Source of the DNA: Lingula anatina
Taxonomy: Eukaryota; Animalia; Brachiopoda
Assembly (NCBI GenBank): GCA_051362555.1
Contig: CM120641.1
Location: 13,392,001-13,456,000 of the forward strand
Direction of reading: 5' to 3'
Length of the DNA stretch: 64,000 nt
Below are positions 36,401-47,200 of the stretch, piece by piece. The notes beneath the pieces are model-generated. The model saw only the letters and a program-made list of their open reading frames with translations, was not told the origin of the DNA and searched no databases. The position numbers were made by a program, and so were the translations under genes. Numbering within the stretch: position 1 is the first letter of the stretch; every line of letters begins with the position of its first letter.

Positions 36401-39400
36401 TCTCTTGCTATCCTTTTCCTTCTCATTCTTTCTTTTAATCTTTCCCTGTACATGCTTACTTGTGACAATTTAAAATCTGAAATAAAACGAGTACTCCATT
36501 TAATTTGGTAATGAAATATGCAATTAAATAAACCAGAAAACAATTCCTAGTTTTTTTCTATAAGATTGTTCATGGTTCTAAGATTTTGTATTTTAGTCAC
36601 CTTTCAGTGATGAGGAGTAACATCTTAAGGATATTGTTACCCTTTCATCCAGATACCAAAAATTTTTTTTTTTTCTGCATCTAATTATTCAATAATGCAT
36701 CTATCTTTGTGCCGATTTAAAACAATAAAAAAAACTCGAAAATATAAAATGTTGGCGTTTATATTTTTTCACTGCAATGTTTAAGAATAGGCAACCCAAA
36801 ACTTTAACTGTCAATTTAACACCTTTCTATTTTGAGGTGAGATAGCAATCTGTATGGGGCGTAACTTCATCCCTGAATAAGATTTTATCACAAAAATTGG
36901 AACAGTTGACAGGGAGTGTATAGGCAACGATCCCGTGCTGTCATTTCGGTTTAACTGTATTTGTTACAGATTTTCATTAAACAAAGGCATTATTTTACTT
37001 TATCAACGATAAAAATCTGAACTAAGAATTTTAAGAAAAATTGCTGGCAGGGTTTTGGAGTACTAAATGGTGTCATTAAATTGGCGTTGAAATGGTGATC
37101 GTGAGAGCTCAGGTAAAAGAGAAATTTGAGAAACCGATTTTTCAGTTTTTTACCCCCAAATCACAATTATGACCTCACCTGTAAGATGACATATGTATAA
37201 ATGCTAATTAATTTTGTCAGTGAACACTGACGATTTATTTATCACCCAAAAGAATGCATGTAAGGCAGTAAATAAGGAGTTCTGGGCTAAGGGTGACAAT
37301 ATCCTTAAGACCTGTGGGCACTCCATATGATGATGCTATTGTGACAACTATGAAAAATACCCGTTTTGTAAATATTTCAAAATCAAAAGTGCCTGTCATC
37401 ATTAAAACCTAAACTTACTAAAAACTCCTATTCTTTTTAGCAATGCACAAATCTCACCAACTTAAATAAACTTCTTTTCATCAAATAATCACTTCACTTA
37501 CTATTATCAACATCTTCATCATCATAATTTAAACTGAGGTTGCTGACTAATGTCTCTGCATCATTGTCATATTCCTACATTGAAAATGAATATACACATA
37601 TAATTATTCCACATATAATTGCTCCATTACCTGTTATTTACTGACAGACATTTTTGGATGTATTGGTTCAGTTCAATGTACATACATTACATTATATATT
37701 ATGATGACAAGTTTGTGCTCCAAAGAAACACTTAATAAAATACATTTACACAGCTAATATGTACACTACTAACAATAATTCCCTCCACAAGACTCACCCT
37801 TTCAAAATCATCCCTAAGAGGCATGTACCCCAGCTCTTGCTGTTCATTTTGAGGAATATCAACACTTGGAAGAGGTGTAGTAAGACTTGGTGATAAAGGC
37901 CCACTATCTGGACCAGTGTGGTCAGTTATTTTTGTGGTATTTTCATTTGGAAGAGTGGCTGGAAAGAAGAGACTTTTTTTTTTGAAGTCACAGTTTTTTT
38001 ATATAAACATTATTTCTAATGATTCAATGATTAATGATTCAGGTCTAAAAGAGGACTTCCAAACGAAGCACAGGGTTTATTTTCATCTAATGAAGTTAGA
38101 TTCTAAATGTTCCTACTGATGAAATAATACTTTCCACGGAATATCTGATTCTAAATAAAATAAGTACAAAGTTTTTAAAGGAAATTATTGGAAATATTAT
38201 ATATCTGAGCAACATAATGTAAAAAGATTTTGGTCTTACCTTTGCCTATATTTCCCTTTACATAAAATGTAAAATAATGTTCACAGCATTCTGAAATTAA
38301 ATCCATTCCATCATGTAGACATCGAATTTAATCTCAACACACTATAATGAATACACTTATTGCTTATTGCTTGAATTTAACAAAACACAATCACAATTGT
38401 ATGACAGAAACAATGACTTATGTTTGGCCCACATTCAAATTCAAACAAAGTCTTACCCTCTGGTGTACTGTGGCCAACTTGTTCAGCTATGTCTTCCCTG
38501 AAAGCAGATGTTAAGTCTAAGTTGAATTCTAGGCAGATACCTGACGATGGGCCTGGATATTTCCAGTCAATATTGCTGTGATAAAATTAAATTCATATAT
38601 TCATATATTCAAATTCCCAATCACTGAAACATGAGCATTTCATTCTACTTTGTTTTTCTTATTGGAATTATTTAAAAATATTTTTCATTTTAAGTCTTGG
38701 TTTATGTCAACATGCATATGTTCATAAAATTGCAATACTTTGATAAATGTTAAGTTTTAAATTTTCTAAGATATTCAACCAATTCATTATTTTTATGGCT
38801 CTAAAAATTATTTGCCATCTTTAGGCATCTACAAAATAATGCAAGAACTACCCCTTACAAAAAATATTGAATCATTGCTTCTCATCAGTCAATAAGACTT
38901 GCCACATGCTACAAGTGTTACTGTGTATGCTCAGCTGTACTGATGCAATTTATACTATTCTTAACAATGAGTTAAATTAATCAATATGTATATACGTCCC
39001 ATCAGTTACAAGAAATTATGTAGACTCTTACAATAAGATTTCCTACTATTTTTTCCAATTCTCTATCTGGGATATACTTAATGCAGCTTGAAAGGTGAGA
39101 TTTACTTTTATGGGAGTTAAGTGAATGAACTAAATCATGCTTTACATCAGGGTAAAATGACCCCTTATTTCACTTAACCTACCAGTTTCCAAATCCAAAG
39201 TGTTCCACACCATCTAAAAGCACTGACTCATTTACAGCTGTCCACTTTTGTGTCTCAGGTGTAAAAACTGAAAAGCTACCATTGTCCTAAAAATATATGA
39301 TATACATTAAAGCATTTCTCAAAATGTTCCAATTGTACCAAATGTAATAAAGCAAAATTGATCGGTTTCTTTCCTAAAGCTATGATTTACTTATAAACTT

Positions 39401-40260
39401 TTTAAAAATTAATTCTTTAAGAGAGTCGTTTGTTTACAATATCACATGATCATCAACTGTTATCAATCATCAACAGTAGAATCAGCACATTTCAAACTGG
39501 AATACTAAGATCAAGACTATAAAGCTGGTGCCTGAACAGACACAAATACAATTTTAACGCGAAATGTATTTTTACAATGTGCAACAGATGACACAGTTTT
39601 GTCAGGATGTGGATATTTTTAGCAACTAGAGCTTGAAACCCTGGGTGAATTGAGACCTTACATGCAGTAAGAGGACCCAGCATGTAGGACACAAAACTGA
39701 GGCAATGGGGGGGGGAGGGCATGACGACCAATTTTTCCATTAAAACCCGACACAAAATCCCACCATATTTCGATCAGCAGAGAAAAGAAATGTGGAGTTA
39801 TGGTCTCAAAGCCAAAACTTTAAAATTTTAAAACTTAAACAGCATTATCCCCCGCTAACATTTCTCCGACTGTTAAATTGGAGACAAATCTGTAACAGGA
39901 AGTGCCCTGGATGTTTACAGTCACCTGGCGCCCTCTATGAAAGCTTTGTCTACTTACTATTACTTGGTATTTGTGGTCTTTTCTGTGGATTCCAACCTCA
40001 GCGCCGCAAGAAAAGCACTGTAAATTACAAGAGAGAATGAACATTATAATACATGGGTAGGAATATACTTGGTTGTGGAGTACATGTCGTACATCATTAC
40101 ACTATTAAACTGCCGTTCTTCAACCGGCATTTTAGTTATGCTTCAGACATGACGTCACCACACTTGCCTGCAGACAAAGGTCAAAATCATCGCACTCCGC
40201 ACAGCGTACTCGGACGTCCAAAATGTTTGTCTGGCAGTAATTGCAATGATACTGCGCCAT
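33409..40260 (-). CDS. TADA2B: Transcriptional adapter 2-beta (SAGA HAT module subunit; ZZ, SANT, ADA boxes, SWIRM-like C-terminus)
   Basis: Exons (-): 40260-40168, 40017-39958, 39286-39183, 38497-38457, 38290-38240, 37958-37798, 37574-37502, 36476-36234, 35815-35744, 35558-35494, 35246-35197, 35011-~34970, 34681-34602, 33821-33759, 33549-33409. Motifs: ZZ finger YHCNYC...RCAECDDFDLCLQCFSCGAE, SANT LLDGVEHFGFGNWEDIA, Ada2b-type TDHTGPDSGPLSPSLTTPLP...GYMPLRDDFEREYDNDAE, RYRKNGITKL and FLSHSGWI. Confidence 0.93.
36629..37304. mobile_element. 676-bp TTAA-flanked TIR element (Kolobok-like) in a TADA2B intron
   Basis: TTAA|GGATATTGTTACCCTT ... AAGGGTGACAATATCC|TTAA. Homologous to 11132-11788 (inverted) and to 6517-7080. 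Confidence 0.88.
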
Positions 40261-41130
40261 CCTTGAACAATCGGATAACCCGTCTTTTCCACTGTGCTTT
40301 TCTGAATGTCTGTATTTCCAGCGTTATTTGTAATATAATGCGGACTCCCTCAGCGGTCCGCCATCTTTTTGTTCTATTCCAAGCCGTCACGTGGTCTACC
40401 ATTACCCATTGTGCATTGCGGGCACGTGGCAGATGTTGCTGAACGTACTGCAAAGGAATCCTAAAATAGACCTAGTAGCCCAAACACCAGCGTTTACAAC
40501 AAAGCTCAACGTTCACAATAGCGGTTGGGACAAAGCGAATAATGTTTAAACTTATTATAATTCTATTCTCAATAAATTAGAAAAACAGACGTATCTGTAT
40601 TCTTCAACATTGTTTTACCGTCGAAATCGTGTCTAGTAGGCCTACTTATAGCCTACCTGTAGGCCTACTTGTTTACAAGTTGAAGAGGGTCAAAACTTAG
40701 CCTAATGTTTGCATTTAAAACCGAATTTTTTTATTTGTGTCAGAGGGCGTGGTCGTTGATTATAAATAAATGCGGTCTCCTAATCCAAAGATGGACCAAT
40801 TACAGAAAGTCGGGCAAGTTGACCTATAATTAAGTTATAGGCCTACCGGCTGATAGGCTATTAATTTATTGAAGCCCACATCAATACTCCCCGCTGGTAA
40901 AAATGCCATAAATGAAACATAATTTTTAAAATCTTAGTGTAAATACCGGGTCCCTAAAATTACTTTTTCCCTAATTTAAGGTGTTGTGGGTGAGTGAGGA
41001 TGAGATAGGCCTATAGGTAACGATAACGGGAACACCAAAAAAATGACCCCCCTCCCCCATGGTATCATAAGCCAAGGAAGTAAATAACTGTGCATAGGCC
41101 AAACTATGCGTAAGGCCTACCCTAGGCCTT
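40261..41130 (-). promoter_or_regulatory. Probable TADA2B 5' UTR/promoter (CpG-retaining region)
   Basis: CpG-rich relative to the gene bodies. YY1-like AAGATGGCGG (minus, 40358-40367), E-boxes CACGTG at 40388 and 40423, GC-box-like GGGCGTGG at ~40745, CCAAT at ~40796. Motif function is inferred only. Confidence 0.55.
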
Positions 41131-41200
41131 AATTTAGAATTAAATGTTAGTCCAAGACAAGAAAGCCTCAAATGTTCTTGTTGACGCGCCTCTTGCAAGC

Positions 41201-41322
41201 TAGCACGAAAATTCATGTGTTAGCACTCCTATTGACGATTCTGATATGTACTGTCTGGTCTAACACAGACAGTACATATCAGAATCGTCAATAGGAGTGC
41301 TAACACATGAATTTTCGTGCTA
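41201..41322. mobile_element. 122-bp perfect fold-back MITE with TAG...CTA termini and a 9-bp TSD
   Basis: 57-bp perfect inverted arms (41201-41257 and 41266-41322), 8-nt loop, flanked by direct repeat CTTGCAAGC at 41192-41200 and 41323-41331. Confidence 0.9.
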
Positions 41323-41897
41323 CTTGCAAGCATGTTTATCTGACATGAACTGACGCCACCCCTCATCACAGATGTACGGACACAACTGAAATATGCTCGT
41401 GCAATGTGGGGCAGCTGCGAAAGTCAAATAATTTCGTCTGCTTTCGGTGCTTTGGGATAGTTGGGTCTTTTTTTTTATGAAATCGCAAACAAATAGCAGT
41501 AGGAAAAAAAAACGGAATTTAAAATGTCTCACGTAAAGCGTTTTTTATTTCCTTATGTAGGCCCCAATTACTTGAACTTAGCGCATGAATGGCTATTTTC
41601 CGTATTTTGCATGCAGTTTGCAAAAATTAATTTCTTTTCCACATCTCTACCAACCTGTGCTTATCCAAAAGTAAAAATGCATTGTGCGATCGTTGTTGTT
41701 GCTCACTAACGCTCAAATTACTACTCATAGCACAAACTTAGATTTTTCCACCCCGTGTTTCAGAGGGCATTGGAAATTCATTTTTAATGCTGACAGTAGA
41801 GGGGTGCTTCCAGCGTCCTCTATCTGACGCTCGTGGTCTGGGTTCACCGTTCCATGATTCATAATTATCAAAAGCGAACAATACTTCATTTACTTAA

Positions 41898-42230
41898 AGG
41901 GATAACAACTGTTCATTTTGGCCAAAAAATGGATTTTCCTGGGGTAAAGGACAATTTTCCACACTTACCAATGGTTTATGGATCCATTCCCACATTCAAA
42001 GTTAGTCTCTTTTTTTTGTCAAAAAGTTTGGTTTTCTGTAATATTCTCTTAAGAGATTCTTACAGTGTAGCCATCCATGGAGGTCACATGATGTGATGGC
42101 AAGCACAAATTCCAGAATAATTGTGTTAACCACCATTTTTGGTGGTAAAATGGAATTAATTATATTTCTATGAGCTGTTTACAATGCATTTATTGTGAAT
42201 TATGGATAACTCATGAACAGTTGTTATCCT
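41898..42230. mobile_element. TTAA-flanked MITE (Kolobok-like family 2)
   Basis: TTAA|AGGGATAACAACTGTTCAT ... ATGAACAGTTGTTATCCT|TTAA. Homolog of 14442-14767. Confidence 0.82.
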
Positions 42231-44275
42231 TTAATGTCAGATTTTTCCATATATTTTTCAAATAGCATCTCCTTTTATCTTATAGGACAAACTGATTTCG
42301 CCTTTGTCACCTTTCAAAAAACAAGAACCAAACAACATCTATTATAATATAACAAAGCAGCTTAATATTTTAAATTTTAGGCAATTTTATTTAAGGCTTT
42401 AAATTGTCACTTTTCCTTGCAAATGCTATTTCACTGGTTTTACTTGTTGCAAGCAATTAATAAAAACCTGACAACAAATTAAAAAGCTGTACATATGCAG
42501 TACAATTTTATAGATAGGCTAGTTCTCTCCACGCAAGCACAATCACACATGAACCTAACCATACAGCTTGCTTCTGATATGATAAGTTAGAGACAACTTA
42601 AGTTATATATTGCAAAGAAAGTTTAACCACTTAGGAATTAGTTAATTGACAGTATCTATCAGCTGATATAATCTGCAAATAATAATAATAATAATAATCT
42701 TCAGTCTAAATGAATGCTGGGGTGAATTGGTCAGTTGGAGCCAGACAGACAGGTTTAGTTCACTAACAACACACCTTAAACTGAATCAAAACTGGTTTGA
42801 CAAAGTTGATGTGAAAAGTCTACCATCACATACACCTTACAACATCCATAGTCACTGTCAATGGGATACCTAAGTATGTATAAGCACCAAGACATTTTTG
42901 ACTTGTAAGAGATAGCAATTACAATGAGGGGCAAGTGCCCTTAAGCTTTTTTTTATTTATCAGCAAAAGTCACTCTGGGATGAAAATATATTAAGTATTA
43001 CTATATTTTAATGTAACAAAAACTATTCACTTCTTAAATAGTATGACTACACAGTGTTATATACATTATCACTTTTCTCTCATACATAAAAGAAAACTAT
43101 TATTTTGTTTGATATCTCACTTCCCTATATCTTTAAATATGCACACTTACAACTTTTTCACACATGCAAATTTGTTTTTATTTTCATTAAATTGCACAAT
43201 AAAATAACAGACTTCAAACAGATATGTAAAAAAGAGCAGTTAAATAAATCTAAAATTTTACTGGTACCTCTCATTCTGGATTCTAAGAGATGCACCAATA
43301 TAGTCATATATAAACTTTTTTGTCATGGTTGTTTTCAAAGCTAACAAGTAGTTTGCCAATATTACAAATGTCTTTTTTTCATTTAACACATTAATATCAC
43401 TCTACTGAAATGTAATGCAATAACTACCCTCTGCAGGGATAAGACCAGTCCTCACTGAAAAAGCAGGAAAATTGGCCAGGTGTCCAGGGTACAAAATTCA
43501 CAAGAATGACCCAAATGGCCCTGAAAAAGTCAGAATTCCAACAAAAGTCCGAAAAAGTCTCATCAGTGCTCTGGATACAAATTATCTAAACATTTGAAAA
43601 TTTCAAATGTGGTCTTATTATCACTCATTTTCAGTTTTAACAAATTTATGAATAAGAACACTTAACCTGAAAATAATGAAAGTGGTCAGATTTAGAATGA
43701 AATATCACAATTATGATAAGATGAATTGTTTTCCACATATAACCTAATGAATGATGTGTAGTATAATTCAACACAAAGCAATGTACTGGTTTTATTTATG
43801 ATACCATCAAAGGAGACAAATCAACTATCTTTTCAATATTCTTTTTCTTAGATTTAATGTTGTATAAATTGATTGATGGGATTCATTCCAACACCACATG
43901 ACTGTGGATCTAGATGCAGATCTAGTAACATCACTGTATCTATAAATTCAACTTTCTAAAAACCTTAGATCTGATTCAGGGAATTTGAATGTCTAAGATA
44001 TAAATTTAACATAATAAATTGAAAAGATAAGACCAAATACATTTTCATTTCCAGCTAAGTATTTCTAGATAAAAACTTATGTCAATAATTTTTCTGTGAC
44101 ATGTATATTTGAACAGGAAATAATCTCTCTTATAAATGTTGACAAAAAAATAAAAAATAAAAAATAAAATAAAAAAAAACAATTCATTAGATTCAGCAAG
44201 TTTGAAAAAAAAAATTAAATGACATTGCTGAAATAAGCAAACCTCACACAGTGCAATAAAGAAAAAAAAAACACT

Positions 44276-47200
44276 TCAGTCATCTTCAGCAGCCCTCCAC
44301 TTATCACTAGCTTCCCTTCTACCATCAGGCACCAGCTGGTTCCTCATCCCACCTAAAATGTTGGAAGTGGCCTCAGCTGTAATGATCACCGGTTGCACCA
44401 CTGTGCCTGGAATCTGGCGCAAGACACCACCTACGGCACCAGTGTAGCCATAGTTGTCATGTTCCTCTGATGCTGCACGGATTATATTTGTTGCTGTCTC
44501 AGTGAAACCCTGGAGTATAGAAAGTACATACTTAACATGTTTGAATTGAATGGGGGAGTGAACTTCTGAACTAGAAGTATGTTGTGTAGATAGGTGGGTA
44601 ATGAAATTTTGGCTTTTTATCATATATCAAGACTGCCACATATACTCTAAAGATTGGACTTGTTTAAAGAAAACAAAATGTGAATAAATTGTAAATGTTA
44701 TTGTTATTGTCAGGTTTTCAAAATTTAAAATAAAAAACTCATTTGTGTATCAAGCTATGTTTGGCTAAGATAAGACTTATGTTGAGAACCAAAGATCACC
44801 TCTTTAAACACCATGGCAGCATTGGACACGCCTTGCCTGAGGTCAGCAGGCTGGAGAGGTTTGCGTGGACGCAGCACTTGACCCTGGCGTATGCTGGGCA
44901 CAGGGGACACCATCACATAAGTTAATTCTGCTACATACTGAAAATGTCATGAAAGTTTTTGGAATTATCAGACTTGACAGACTGGGGTAACCACAAATTA
45001 TTAACTAGAGTGAGGTTCATAATCAGACTATGTTCTCAGTGCTTACATTGCTCATTGTGCATTAAATCAATAACCTTCCATCCACTTCAGAGATACTTTT
45101 AAATTAAAATTTTTAGTCTGTGCATTCCTACAGGCGTCAGCATATTACATGAGTTGGTAAATTTAATATCTAAAAGCATGTCTTGTGACTTGCCTGTACA
45201 GATTGCACAAGTCTGTTTGTCAAATCTAGAGCTGCCATAGCTGTGGATGTCCCAAAGGAACTGGCCCCTCGCTGCAGACCACGTACTATCCTGCCATCTT
45301 TCTGATACTGCTCATATGGCAGCCAAAACAGGTCCCTAATTCCTTGTACTGAAAATATAGAACAAATGTAAAATGGCAACTTAAAAAGAGAGCCCGCATT
45401 GACCTAGTCTTGAAATAGGTGCAAATGAGTATAACACAAATAAGAATTTCAGTCAACTTTTCGCAATTTTTTATCTCATGGAGTATTTCAGTTACTGCAA
45501 AAGATGTTTTAACTAGCTCCAAGTTGATTCAACTTTTCTCAACAGATCTTTTAAGTAATGGTGACCTTTTTTTGTAAATAACTCCATATAAACATTTTTC
45601 CTTAATATTTCAATACTTTTCCCTAAATGCTAAATGTCAAGTTAATTTTTTTCCTTCAAATTGAATCACTACTTCAAAACATGTATAGGAGTTTGAAAGA
45701 TTTTAATTGCCATCTCTTATCATAATAAGCCTCTCTGTATGATCTCCAATTTTGCTGATATGCCGAAAGCATTTTTTAACATCTAAAATTTTGAATGTAA
45801 TACTTATCAATTGACAAATGTGAAAAAATCCTTACTTTTTTTACTTTAAAAATCTTCATGTACGACTTACCCAACTGAACCAAAGTATGCATTGGACCAA
45901 CACCCCCAAGAATGCTAGGCAATTGGTTGGTTTTGATATCCTGCAGCCATTCTTTCAGGGCATAAGCTGCAACACGTTCTGCACCAAGATGGCTGAAATA
46001 AAAGTTGAACTGTCAGTAACTTTAATACAAACATTTTAGAGACAGCTTTTGAAATAAAAAAAAAAAAAATTTTTAAATGCAATATTCAGATTAACCATAG
46101 TCAAGTGTAAATGGAATTAAAATGTAGACTTACTCATGTCTCAGAAAACTGACATCAAAACTTGGCATTGTAAAATCAAGCAGCATGAAGTAATCAAGAT
46201 TCTCAAACATATATCTCATTCACATATTTAAAACTAAGTATTCACTACAGCATCACTTTGACATATTACATATAATTTGACAATTCAACAGGGACTCAAA
46301 CAATGTACTTTAACCCATTAATTAAATCGTAAATTATTCATTAATTTAGCATTAAAATCATGTGCATCTATCAAAGATGCTTCAATAAATGTATTCTACC
46401 CTGCTTTATGATTGAGCCTCTTCAGCTTGAGTTCTGAGCAGTTAAGCTGTGCCAGTCCGGCCAGCAGTCCAGCCAAGCGGCCATGAGCCATGTCCAGTCT
46501 TTTGCCATGGTAGTCTAGCCTTATTGGAACATCAGGGGAGAATATGAAGTTCCTGGAAATAAATTGTAACACAGTCCCCTTTCAAATTGTCAAAAGCAAA
46601 ATTTATAGTTGTAATATTCATTATCCTGAAACTGAAAAAAAAAAAAAAAAAAAAAACCCATGATAAAAATTAATTTTATTAACCTAAAATAAAAGATGTC
46701 TTTCTGACACTGCTAATGCAAGGCTGAGTATTATTATTATTATTATTGTTGTACATTATTCACTCAATTCAATTTATGATTTTCTTACTTGAAATAAACA
46801 GGCTGACCAGCAGCCCCAGAGGAAGTCTCCTTCTCTCCTGCTTCCTCCTTCAATTCATCAAACACAACCATTAACTCCTGGGCATCAGAACTGGTCATCT
46901 CTTGTGAGTCATCCATAGCCATACCCATAACAGGCTGCTGACCAGTCTGGCTGGACGCTCCCTTACCAGGGCTGGACATAGGCAGATCTGCTCCAGGAGA
47001 AGAAGTAGAGGAATGGCTGCTGGAGCTGTCTGTGAATCCTGGGGCAGTCTCTGCTGGGCTGGGCTGTATATCACATATTTCGTTGATGTATGTTCTCAGG
47101 AAGATCAAGGCATCCTAAAAGAGAAGAGACAGTCCAAGATGAATAGAAATGCATTCCTCCAATTAAAATCAAATTTACAAATCATTTGAGAATTTCTGGA

